Below the pieces are notes generated by a model. It did no database searches and had not been told where the DNA came from. It saw nothing but the letters and a program-made list of their open reading frames with translations. A DNA stretch of 64,000 bases from Gaiellaceae bacterium (GTDB taxonomy: Bacteria > Actinomycetota > Thermoleophilia > Gaiellales > Gaiellaceae). Location of the stretch: positions 150 to 64,149 of the forward strand of contig JBJMJS010000132.1 of assembly GCA_045806225.1 (NCBI GenBank), in the 5' to 3' direction. Positions 36,781-45,258 of this stretch are shown here, piece by piece (the first letter of the stretch is position 1; every line of letters starts with the position of its first letter). Position numbers and translations under genes: made by a program.

Positions 36781-38321
36781 GCGAGCTCGCCAAGCTCGGC
36801 TTCGACGGCCGCGATCAGCGAGCCGTCCCGGATCGACGTCGCGACCGCTTCGATGTCGCTCGACAGTGGCCTGTCGTCGTCCAGCCGCGGCGAAAGCGAC
36901 CGGATCTGCGCACGCGCCGCTGCGACGCCGGCGCCCGGCTGCAGCGGCGCGAGGAACTCGACCGCCTGCGCTCCGGCCAGCAGCTCGATTGCGAGCGCCC
37001 GCTCGACGTTCGCAACGACCTGCCACGCCTTCAGGCCCGATGCGTTCCCCATCGACACATGGTCCTCCTGGCCCGCGCTCGTCGGAATCGAGTCGACACT
37101 CGCCGGGTGGCACAGCGACTTGTTCTCGCTCACGAGCGACGCCGCGACGTACTGCGGGATCATGAAACCGGAGTTCAGCCCGCCGTCGGTCGTCAGGAAC
37201 GCCGGCAAGCCGTCGGACAGGTTCGGGTTCACGAGTCGCTCGATCCGTCGCTCCGAGATGTTCGCAAGCTCCGAGACCGCCATCGCGAGCGCGTCGAGCG
37301 CGAACGCGAGCGGCTGCCCGTGGAAGTTCCCGTTCGACACGAGCGCCTCGTCGTCGAGCAGAACGAGCGGATTGTCCGTCGCGGCATTCAGCTCGACGCT
37401 CACGGTGTAGTCGACGTAGTCGAGGAGGTCGCGCGCGGCGCCGTGCACCTGCGGCGCACACCGGAGCGAGTAGGCGTCCTGCACTTTGTCGCACCAGCGG
37501 TGCGCCTCGATGATCGCCGAGCCCTCGAGCAGCCGCAACACGTTCGCCGCCGAGTCGGCCTGGCCGCGCAGCGGGCGCAGCGTGTGGATCTGCGGAATGA
37601 AGCTCGTCCGCGATCCCTGCAGCGCCTCGAGTGACAGCGCGCACGCGATGTCGGCCGCGAGCGTCAGGCGGCGTGCGCGCATCAGGCCGAGCGCGCCGAA
37701 CGCAGCCATGAACTGCGTGCCGTTGATGAGGGAGAGCCCTTCCTTTGCGGCGAGGCGGACCGGTTCGAGACCGACGGCGCGGAGCGCGTCGGCGCCGTCG
37801 AGCAGCTCCCCGTCCAGCCATGCCGATCCCTCGCCGATCAGCGGCAGCGCAAGGTGCGCGAGCGGCGCGAGGTCCCCGCTCGCGCCGACGGAGCCGCGGC
37901 TCGGGACGTACGGGACGAGCCCGCGGTTCAGGATCTCGACCAGTGCCTCCACGAGCTCGACGCGAGCACCGGAGGTTCCCTTTGCGAGCGCGTTCGCCCG
38001 CAGCACGAGCGCGGCGCGGATGATCTCGTGCGGGTACGGCTCGCCGACGCCGCACGCATGGCTGCGGAGGAGGCGGAACTGGAGCTCCTCGGTCAGCTCC
38101 TCGGGGATCGACCGTGAGACGAACCGCCCGAAGCCGGTGTTCACGCCGTAGGTGTGCTCGCGCGCACCGTGCGCGGTCCGCTCGACGAGCTCCCGCGCGG
38201 CGCGCATTCGTTCGCGCGAGCGGTCGCTGAGATCGACCGCGGCACGGTCGACTGCGACCGTCCAGACGTCCGCGATCCCGAGGTCGTCGCCGGTCAGGCG
38301 GATCGCAGTCGCCTGCGCCAT
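36777..38321 (-). CDS. hutH: Histidine ammonia-lyase
   Basis: 514 aa. [15 protein letters not shown] (MIO-forming ASG), [12 protein letters not shown]. Confidence 0.95.
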   Translation of the reverse strand: MAQATAIRLTGDDLGIADVWTVAVDRAAVDLSDRSRERMRAARELVERTAHGAREHTYGVNTGFGRFVSRSIPEELTEELQFRLLRSHACGVGEPYPHEIIRAALVLRANALAKGTSGARVELVEALVEILNRGLVPYVPSRGSVGASGDLAPLAHLALPLIGEGSAWLDGELLDGADALRAVGLEPVRLAAKEGLSLINGTQFMAAFGALGLMRARRLTLAADIACALSLEALQGSRTSFIPQIHTLRPLRGQADSAANVLRLLEGSAIIEAHRWCDKVQDAYSLRCAPQVHGAARDLLDYVDYTVSVELNAATDNPLVLLDDEALVSNGNFHGQPLAFALDALAMAVSELANISERRIERLVNPNLSDGLPAFLTTDGGLNSGFMIPQYVAASLVSENKSLCHPASVDSIPTSAGQEDHVSMGNASGLKAWQVVANVERALAIELLAGAQAVEFLAPLQPGAGVAAARAQIRSLSPRLDDDRPLSSDIEAVATSIRDGSLIAAVEAELGELA

Positions 38322-38328
38322 TCCGCCG

Positions 38329-39228
38329 TCAGTCTAGCCCTGCGTCTTGTTCGAGCAGCCGCAGCTCGAGGACGCGCGAGGGCGCGAAGCCGTCGATCCG
38401 CAACGCCGATCCCGCCGCAGCCGCGGCCGCTGCGGCCGGCATCAGTCCGACGAGCTCCGAACCGCTGACGGCAGTGCCGTGCGCTGCCGCTTCGCTCTCG
38501 ATCCGCTCGACGATCTCGTGCAATGCGGCGGCCTCGTAGTCCTCGACGTTCATGCTCACCTGTGCGTGACCGGCGCGCGGCAGCAAGAGGCCGAGTGCTC
38601 GCACACCCGGAAAGCCGCCGCCGCTCTCGCGGACGACCGACGCGATTGCCCGCGCAACGTCGACGTCGTCGGTCGCGAGATTGACGTTGAATGCGATCAA
38701 CGGCCGGCGCGCGCCCACGATGACGCCGCCCGCGCGCTCGTCGAGCCGCGACGGGCCGAAATCCGGCGCGAGCTCTCGCGCATCGATGCGACGCTGCAGC
38801 TCCACCGGCCCACCCCGGCGGAAGAACGCCGGCCCCCGGCCCGGCGCGGCGTCGCCGTAGAGAAACACTGGCAGCTGAAGCTCGCGCCCGATCCGTTCGG
38901 CGAGCGCGACCGCCGTCGCCCGAGCCCGTTCCGCGTCGGCCGGCTCGATCGGAACGATCGGCACGACGTCGGCCGCGCCGATGCGTGGGTGCGCACCTTC
39001 GTGCCCGCGAAGGTCGATCCGCTCCCGCGCGGACCCGACCCCCGCCAGCAAGGCCGAGGTAAGTGAAGCCTCGTCGCCGACGATCGTGAAGACCGAGCGG
39101 TTGTGATCGTCGTCGGTGTGCACGTCGAGCAGCCGTGCGTGCTGCGACACCGCGTCCGTCAACGCCGCGATCGTCGCGCGGTCGCGGCCTTCGGAGAAGT
39201 TCGGAACCGCTTCGAGCGGCAACCGCAC
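38329..39228 (-). CDS. Glutamate formimidoyltransferase (FTCD N-terminal-type)
   Basis: 299 aa. MRLPLEAVPNFSEGRDRATI...HTDDDHNRSVFT...HPRIGAADVVPIVP, characteristic of formiminotransferases. It lies 7 nt upstream of hutH. Confidence 0.8.
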   Translation of the reverse strand: MRLPLEAVPNFSEGRDRATIAALTDAVSQHARLLDVHTDDDHNRSVFTIVGDEASLTSALLAGVGSARERIDLRGHEGAHPRIGAADVVPIVPIEPADAERARATAVALAERIGRELQLPVFLYGDAAPGRGPAFFRRGGPVELQRRIDARELAPDFGPSRLDERAGGVIVGARRPLIAFNVNLATDDVDVARAIASVVRESGGGFPGVRALGLLLPRAGHAQVSMNVEDYEAAALHEIVERIESEAAAHGTAVSGSELVGLMPAAAAAAAAGSALRIDGFAPSRVLELRLLEQDAGLD

Positions 39229-39234
39229 GGTGCG

Positions 39235-39240
39235 TACTCT
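39235..39240 (+). promoter_or_regulatory. -10-like TANNNT hexamer (TACTCT) 7 nt upstream of the methyltransferase GTG; consistent with a leaderless transcript
   Basis: Read directly in the 19-bp divergent gap 39229-39247. The spacing fits -10 to +1, with the start codon at +1. Confidence 0.3.
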
Positions 39241-39247
39241 AGGAGCG

Positions 39248-39832
39248 GTGAAGACGTACTACGACCGCCGCGCGCCCGAGTACGACGAGTGGTGGCTCGG
39301 GCTCGGGCGGTTCGCCGACCGCGAGCGGCCGGGATGGGACGAGGACGTCGCTCGTCTCGCCGACGCAATCACGTCGCTGCCGGCGCGTCGGACGCTCGAC
39401 ATCGCATGCGGTACCGGGTTCCTCACGCAGCATCTCCGCGGTGACATCGTCGGTCTCGACGCGAGCGAGCGCATGCTCGAGATCGCGCGCCGGCGTATTC
39501 CGGAGGCGCAGTTCGTCCACGGCGACGCGCTCCAGCTGCCGTTCGCGGACGCGTCATTCGACCGGCTGTTCACGAGCTACTTCTATTGCCATCTCGAGGA
39601 CGCGGATCGCGAGCGCTTCCTTGCCGAAGCCCGCCGCGTCGCGGACGAACTGGTCGTGGTCGCCTCGGTGCTCGGCGCCGGCGACGAACCGGAGCGATGG
39701 GAGGAACGCGTGCTGAACGACGGCTCGCGGTGGAGCGTCTACAAGCGCTGCTTCACGGGGCCCGACCTCGCGGCAGAGCTCGGCGGAGACGTGATCCACC
39801 GCAGCCGGTACTTCCTGATCGTCCGAGCGTGA
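39248..39832 (+). CDS. Class I SAM-dependent methyltransferase
   Basis: 194 aa from the GTG at 39248. VKTYYDRRAPEYDEWW, SAM motif I LDIACGTGFLT, and post-I/II motifs (VHGDALQLPF). Confidence 0.75.
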   Translation: MKTYYDRRAPEYDEWWLGLGRFADRERPGWDEDVARLADAITSLPARRTLDIACGTGFLTQHLRGDIVGLDASERMLEIARRRIPEAQFVHGDALQLPFADASFDRLFTSYFYCHLEDADRERFLAEARRVADELVVVASVLGAGDEPERWEERVLNDGSRWSVYKRCFTGPDLAAELGGDVIHRSRYFLIVRA

Positions 39833-40452
39833 CGCGACGCCGCTCGTCGTACCGGTCGCTGTCGTCGCTGCAGCGCGATCTCCGCGCCTGCCGGGCGTGC
39901 GTCGAGGCCGGCTATCCACTGGAATCGTGGCCGGTCCGCAACGAGCGGCTCGACCAGCGTGCGTACATGTACGGCCAGGCACCGGGGATCGTCGAGGGCG
40001 AGGAGCGGCGGCCGTGGCGCGGCCGCGCCGGCAAGACGCTGCGCCGGTGGCTGGAGCTGGACGAAGACGCGTTCTACGAGACGTTCTACTGCGCGTCCGT
40101 GACGCGCTGCTACCCCGGCCGGCCGCAGTCGGGCCGCGGTGACCGGACCCCGACCCCGCGCGAGCAGGAGCTCTGCAGCTTCTGGCGCGAGTGGGAGCTC
40201 CGCATCCTCCGCCCCGGGCTGATCGTCCCGGTCGGCGGGCTCGCGATCAAGCGATTGCTCGGCCTCACCGGCCTCGACCGGTGCGTCGGCCGCCGCTACG
40301 TGCTCGACGGTGCGAGCGTCGTCCCGCTACCCCATCCGTCCGGCGCGAGCGGCTGGCTCAACGCGCCGGCAAACCGTGAGTTGACCGCACGCGCGGCAGC
40401 GCTCGTTCGTGAGGAGCTAGGCCGAATCGGCGCGGCTAGGGTTCGAGGGTGA
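39829..40452 (+). CDS. Uracil-DNA glycosylase superfamily protein (family 4/5/6-like)
   Basis: 207 aa from a GTG overlapping the previous stop (GTGA). CRACVEAG, motif A GQAPG and motif B HPSGASGW. Confidence 0.7.
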   Translation: MTRRRSSYRSLSSLQRDLRACRACVEAGYPLESWPVRNERLDQRAYMYGQAPGIVEGEERRPWRGRAGKTLRRWLELDEDAFYETFYCASVTRCYPGRPQSGRGDRTPTPREQELCSFWREWELRILRPGLIVPVGGLAIKRLLGLTGLDRCVGRRYVLDGASVVPLPHPSGASGWLNAPANRELTARAAALVREELGRIGAARVRG

Positions 40453-42248
40453 GCGCAGTCCCCTACCGGCGTACCTTTGTCCGGCTACTCGGGTTCCTGC
40501 GCCCGTACAAGGTTTCGCTGCTGGTCTCGATCGTGCTCGCGGTCGGCTCGCAGGTCGCGCAGATCGCGCTGATCTGGGTCACGAAGCACGTGATCGACGG
40601 CGCCCTCAAGCCGCACGACTCGCACAAGCTGTGGATCTTCGTCTGGACGATCGTCGGCCTCGGCTTCGCCCGCGCGATCCTGATGGCAGCGCGGCGGCTG
40701 CTGTCGGGCCGCCAGGCGCTCGCCGTCGAGATGGACATGCGCCACGGGCTCTACGCGCACCTCGTGCGGCTCTCGTTCGGGTTCTACGACCGCCACCAGA
40801 CCGGCCAGCTGATGTCGCGCGCGACCGTCGACCTCCAGGGCGTGCGGTTCTTTCTCGGCTACGGCCTCATCTTCTTCTTCCAGAACATCCTGACCGTCGT
40901 CTCGGTGACGATCGTGCTCTTGGTGTTCCAATGGAAACTCGCGCTGATTGCGCTCGCAATCACGCCCGTCCTCGTGGCGCTCGCGTACCGCTACAGCCGC
41001 GTGTCGCATCCGATCCTGCGCGAGGTTCAGCAGAAGCTCGCCGACGTCGCAACGGTCGCCGAGGAGAACATCGTCGGCGTCCACGTCGTCAAGGCGTTCG
41101 CGCAGGAGCCGCAGGAGGAGGCGAAGTTCCGCCTGCGGTCCGAGGCCGTTTTCCACGAAACCGTTCGCGCGAACCGGCAGCGTGCGCTCTACGTGCCGCT
41201 CATCGCATGGATCCCGCTCATCGCCCAGGGCGGGGTGCTGCTCATCGGTGCCCGCATGGTCGCCGACGGCAGCCTGAGCGTCGGCGGCTTCGTTGCGTTC
41301 AACCTCTATCTCGGCATGCTCGTGATGCCGTTGCGCTCGCTCGGGATGTGGATCGGCCAGGCGCAGCGCGCGACGGCCTCCGGCGAACGCATCTTCCAGG
41401 TCATCGACGAGCCCGAGGAGATCGCGGCGAAGGCGGATGCCGTCGACCTCCCGCCGGGCGGCGGACACATCCGCTTCGAGCACGTCACGTTCGCGTACAT
41501 GCGGGATCGGCCGGTGCTGCACGACGTCGACCTCGACGTGCCGCCCGGCCGCACGATCGCGCTGATCGGCCATACCGGCTCGGGGAAGACCAGCCTCACT
41601 GCGCTCGTGCCGCGCTTCTATGACGTCACCGGCGGCTCCGTGACCGTCGACGGCGTCGATGTCCGTGACGTGACGCTGCGCTCACTCCGGGAGTCGATCG
41701 GCGTCATCTCCCAGGATCCGTTCCTGTTCTCAGCGACCGTACGCGAGAACATCACGTTCGGCGCGCGGGACCTCGACGACGCCGAAGTGCAGCGCGTCGC
41801 GCGGCTCGCGCAGGCGCACGAGTTCGTCGAGCGTCTTCCACAGGGGTACGACACGATGATCGGCGAACGGGGGATCACGTTGTCCGGCGGCCAGCGTCAA
41901 CGACTCGCGATCGCCCGGGCGCTCGCAGTCGATCCGCGCATCCTCATCCTCGACGACGCAACGGCGTCAGTCGACGCGACGACCGAGGCGAAGATTCGGA
42001 TCGGGCTGCGCGAGGCGATGCGCGGGCGGACGACGATCATCATCGCGCACCGGCTCTCGACGATCGCACTCGCCGACGAGATCGTCGTGCTGGACGACGG
42101 TCGCATCGTCGGCCGCGGCGTGCACGAGAGCCTCCTCGCGACGAGCCCCGTCTACCGCGACATCTATGAGCATGGGTTGCTCGAGCGCCAATTCGCCGAC
42201 GCGGTCGAGGCTCGCGCCGAGACGGAGCCGCTGGAGGCCGCATCATGA
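40449..42248 (+). CDS. ABC exporter, fused permease/ATPase half-transporter (subunit 1)
   Basis: 599 aa. Six-TM MsbA-type domain, Walker A GHTGSGKTS, signature LSGGQRQR and Walker B ILILDDATS. Confidence 0.9.
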   Translation: MSAVPYRRTFVRLLGFLRPYKVSLLVSIVLAVGSQVAQIALIWVTKHVIDGALKPHDSHKLWIFVWTIVGLGFARAILMAARRLLSGRQALAVEMDMRHGLYAHLVRLSFGFYDRHQTGQLMSRATVDLQGVRFFLGYGLIFFFQNILTVVSVTIVLLVFQWKLALIALAITPVLVALAYRYSRVSHPILREVQQKLADVATVAEENIVGVHVVKAFAQEPQEEAKFRLRSEAVFHETVRANRQRALYVPLIAWIPLIAQGGVLLIGARMVADGSLSVGGFVAFNLYLGMLVMPLRSLGMWIGQAQRATASGERIFQVIDEPEEIAAKADAVDLPPGGGHIRFEHVTFAYMRDRPVLHDVDLDVPPGRTIALIGHTGSGKTSLTALVPRFYDVTGGSVTVDGVDVRDVTLRSLRESIGVISQDPFLFSATVRENITFGARDLDDAEVQRVARLAQAHEFVERLPQGYDTMIGERGITLSGGQRQRLAIARALAVDPRILILDDATASVDATTEAKIRIGLREAMRGRTTIIIAHRLSTIALADEIVVLDDGRIVGRGVHESLLATSPVYRDIYEHGLLERQFADAVEARAETEPLEAAS

Positions 42249-42391
42249 TGCGGCGATTCGGCACGGAATCGACGCAGACACGTGCGTCGAGCGTCGGTAT
42301 CGTCGATGCCGTGGGTGGCGGGTTCATCCCCACCCAGGGACAGGGTGGGGGTGCGCGCGCGCGTGTACCTGGAAGAGCGCGGCGCCGATGA
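42245..42391 (+). CDS. Candidate 48-codon sORF exactly bridging the two ABC exporter genes
   Basis: Its ATG overlaps the subunit-1 stop (tcATGAtg) and its TGA overlaps the subunit-2 ATG (cgATGAag). It reads MMRRFGTESTQTRASSVGIVDAVGGGFIPTQGQGGGARARVPGRARRR. Third-position GC is only ~65% by hand count, lower than neighbouring genes, so coding status is uncertain. Confidence 0.3.
   Translation: MMRRFGTESTQTRASSVGIVDAVGGGFIPTQGQGGGARARVPGRARRR
42311..42351 (+). promoter_or_regulatory. Mutually exclusive hairpins (GGGTGG / CCCCACCC / GGGTGGGGG) in the inter-ABC spacer
   Basis: The central C-rich segment (42328-35) can pair with either the upstream (42311-18) or the downstream (42343-51) G-rich segment. 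A separate hairpin, CGACGCA-N6-TGCGTCG, lies at 42270-89. Confidence 0.35.
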
Positions 42392-44187
42392 AGGTCTGGC
42401 AGCCGGGCGGGCATCTGATGCGCGAGCGCGGCGCGGAGGTCGAGGACTGGTCGTGGGCGCGCACGCGACGGCGGGTCGGGATGCTCGCGCGGCTCACCCG
42501 GCCCTACAAGGCCCGGACGATTCTCTCGATCTTCGCGCTGCTCGCGGCGACGGCGACCGCGTTGGCGCCGCCGTTCCTCTCGAAGTACGCGATCGACGAC
42601 GGCATCCGCAACAACGACCTCGAGAAGCTGTGGTGGATCGTCGGCCTGTTCCTGCTCGCCGGCCTGCTCAACTGGGGGCTGAGCTACGCGCAGACGTACC
42701 TGACCGGCTGGGTCGGCGAGCGGATCCTCGCCGATCTGCGCATCCGTCTCTTCGGCCACCTGCAGCGGCTCTCGCTCGGCTTCTTCGAGCGCAACCGCGC
42801 GGGCGTGATCATCAGCCGGCTGACGAACGACGTCGAGGCGATCGACCAGCTGGTCACCGACGGCGTGACGACGCTCGTCCAGAGCACGCTGACGCTCGTG
42901 GGTACGGCGATTCTCCTCTTCGTCCTCGACTGGCGACTCGCACTCGCGACGCTCACCGTGATTCCGCTGATGAGCCTCGGGACGACGATCTTCCGCCGCC
43001 GCTCGTCGCGTGCATACCGCGCGGTCCGCGAGCGACTCGGCCTCGTCACGGCGACGCTCGCGGAGGACATCGCCGGCATGCGGATCGTGCAGGCGTTCAC
43101 GCGCGAGCAACGCAACATGGACAACTTCCGCGACGTCGCCGAGCGCTACCGCGACTCGAACATGGAGACGGTCGTCCTCAACGGCCTGTACTTCCCGTTC
43201 GTCGACCTGCTGTCGTCGGTCGCGCTCGCCGTTGTCCTCGGCTATGGCGGCCATCTCTACTTTGCGGGCAGCGTCACGATCGGAACACTGTTCGCCTTCA
43301 TGCTGTACGTGCAGAACTTCTTCGATCCGGTGCAGCAGCTGTCGCAGCTCTACAACACGTTTCTCTCTGCGACCGCCGCGCTCGACAAGATCGTCGATGT
43401 CCTCGACGAGGAGCCGCAGGTGCTCGACAAGCCGGCCGCGAAACCGCTGCCGCACGTCGACGGCCACGTTCGGTTCGACCACGTGCGCTTCGGTTACGAC
43501 ACCGGACCGGAGGTGCTGCACGACCTCGACGTCGACGTTCCGGCGGGAACGACGGTCGCGCTCGTCGGTCACACCGGCGCCGGCAAGTCCACGATTGCGA
43601 AGCTGCTGTCGCGGTTCTACGACCCGCGTGACGGCCGGATCACGATCGACGGGCACGACCTGCGCGACGTGACGCAGTCGTCGCTCCGGCGTCAGCTCGG
43701 GATCGTGCCGCAGGAGGGCTTCTTGTTCGCCGGGACCGTGACCGAGAACATCGCGTTCGCCCGGCCGGATGCGTCGCCGGAGGACGTCGTGCGCGCAGCG
43801 CAGGCCGTCGGCGCGCACGACTTCATCGTCAGGCTCGAGGACGGGTACGAGACGCAGCTACAGGAACGCGGCACGAGGCTCTCGCTCGGACAGCGCCAGC
43901 TCGTCGCGCTCGCACGCGCGCTGCTCGCCGACCCGCGCATCCTGATCCTCGACGAGGCGACGTCGTCGGTCGACATCGGCACCGAACGGAAGATCGAGCG
44001 CGCCCTCCGCCTGCTCCTCTCCGGCCGGACGGCGTTCATCATCGCGCACCGCCTGTCGACGATCCGCGACGCGGATCTGATCGTCGTGCTCGAGAACGGC
44101 CGCGTGATCGAGCAGGGAACGCACGACGAGCTGCTCGCGCAGAGCGGCCTGTACACGTCGCTGTACGGCGACTGGGCCGCGGCCTAG
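42388..44187 (+). CDS. ABC exporter, fused permease/ATPase half-transporter (subunit 2)
   Basis: ORF 42166..44187. The first in-frame start after the subunit-1 stop is the ATG at 42388 (MKVWQPGG...LARLTRPYK); the alternative is the ATG at 42418. Walker A GHTGAGKST, LSLGQRQL and ILILDEATS. Also 599 aa. Confidence 0.85.
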   Translation: MKVWQPGGHLMRERGAEVEDWSWARTRRRVGMLARLTRPYKARTILSIFALLAATATALAPPFLSKYAIDDGIRNNDLEKLWWIVGLFLLAGLLNWGLSYAQTYLTGWVGERILADLRIRLFGHLQRLSLGFFERNRAGVIISRLTNDVEAIDQLVTDGVTTLVQSTLTLVGTAILLFVLDWRLALATLTVIPLMSLGTTIFRRRSSRAYRAVRERLGLVTATLAEDIAGMRIVQAFTREQRNMDNFRDVAERYRDSNMETVVLNGLYFPFVDLLSSVALAVVLGYGGHLYFAGSVTIGTLFAFMLYVQNFFDPVQQLSQLYNTFLSATAALDKIVDVLDEEPQVLDKPAAKPLPHVDGHVRFDHVRFGYDTGPEVLHDLDVDVPAGTTVALVGHTGAGKSTIAKLLSRFYDPRDGRITIDGHDLRDVTQSSLRRQLGIVPQEGFLFAGTVTENIAFARPDASPEDVVRAAQAVGAHDFIVRLEDGYETQLQERGTRLSLGQRQLVALARALLADPRILILDEATSSVDIGTERKIERALRLLLSGRTAFIIAHRLSTIRDADLIVVLENGRVIEQGTHDELLAQSGLYTSLYGDWAAA

Positions 44188-45242
44188 CGCGGCGGCAGGC
44201 GCAGCGTCATCCAGAGCCCGCCGTGGTCCGACGGCCAGAGGCCGCCGAGTCGCGACGACGCCGCCTCCCCGGTGACGCGGCCGCGTAGCGCGCGAAATCC
44301 GCCGCGCGTCAGCACGTAGTCGATCCGTTCGTAGAACGGCGCGCCGAGCTCGCGGAGGTCCTCCCCGTGGCAGCACGTCAGCCCGGCGGATCCGGGATAC
44401 GCCTGGGCCCATGCGTCCCTGAAGCCGGCCGCGACGAAGTTCGCATAGCTCTTGGTGGTCGACCCGTCCGGTCGCGAGTTGAGGTCCCCGAGCACGATCA
44501 CCGGCAGTCGCGTTCTCGCCGGGCCCGCGATCAGCTCCTCGCTCTGCGCTTCCGGAACGCTCGCCGGCTTGAAGGACTCCAGGTGCGTCACGATCACGCG
44601 GAACGTCCGTCCGCCGACGGTCGCATCGGCGGACACCCATCCTCTCGTCGCCGTAACGAGGCCGGGAATGACCGGATCGACCGTCTTGAAGGTGCCGACG
44701 CGGAGGTTCCGGACACGGACGCCGTTCTTGACGAGCAAGCCGTTGCGGACCGTCAGCCGAATGTCCATCGTCGCGGGGCTGCCGCTCGGAAGCTCTGCGT
44801 CCGTGTTGGTGTCGACGCCGACGAAGCGGTACCCGAGCTTGCGCGCGCGCAGGGCGCGCTCGAGCTCGCGTTTGTAGTCGAGGACAACGGTTTGCGCGCG
44901 TGTCTGCAGGAAGTCGGACGGCGTCTGCGTTCGGTACAGGACGAGCTCCTCGAAGCCGACAACGTCGGGACGCGCCGCCTGGAGCTCTCTCGCGATCGCG
45001 GCGGCGCGGACGCGGAAGTCGTTCGCCTGCACCAGCTGCCAGCGCGTGCTGACCGCGGCGAGTGCGTCGCCGAACGACTTCGCCTGCAGGATCGGATCGA
45101 GGTTTGCACCGAGGTACAGGTTCCGCGTCATGACCGTGACCGTCGTCCTCCGCGGCACGCGTTTCGCGGTGCCGGGCGCGGCTCCGCCGAGAACCAGCGC
45201 TGTCACGGCGACCAGCGGCACGAGCTTCGCCACGCCCGACAT
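44184..45242 (-). CDS. Secreted endonuclease/exonuclease/phosphatase (EEP) family protein
   Basis: 352 aa from the ATG at 45242. Signal peptide MSGVAKLVPLVAVTALVLGGAAPG, MTRNLYLG, GFEEL, C-terminal SDHGGLW (the EEP catalytic SDH). Confidence 0.7.
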   Translation of the reverse strand: MSGVAKLVPLVAVTALVLGGAAPGTAKRVPRRTTVTVMTRNLYLGANLDPILQAKSFGDALAAVSTRWQLVQANDFRVRAAAIARELQAARPDVVGFEELVLYRTQTPSDFLQTRAQTVVLDYKRELERALRARKLGYRFVGVDTNTDAELPSGSPATMDIRLTVRNGLLVKNGVRVRNLRVGTFKTVDPVIPGLVTATRGWVSADATVGGRTFRVIVTHLESFKPASVPEAQSEELIAGPARTRLPVIVLGDLNSRPDGSTTKSYANFVAAGFRDAWAQAYPGSAGLTCCHGEDLRELGAPFYERIDYVLTRGGFRALRGRVTGEAASSRLGGLWPSDHGGLWMTLRLPPR

Positions 45243-45244
45243 CC

Positions 45245-45250
45245 TAGACT
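45245..45250 (+). promoter_or_regulatory. -10-like TANNNT hexamer (TAGACT) 8 nt upstream of the HD-protein ATG (leaderless candidate)
   Basis: Read directly in the 16-bp gap between the divergent start codons at 45242 and 45259. Confidence 0.25.
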
Positions 45251-45258
45251 CGGGTTCG

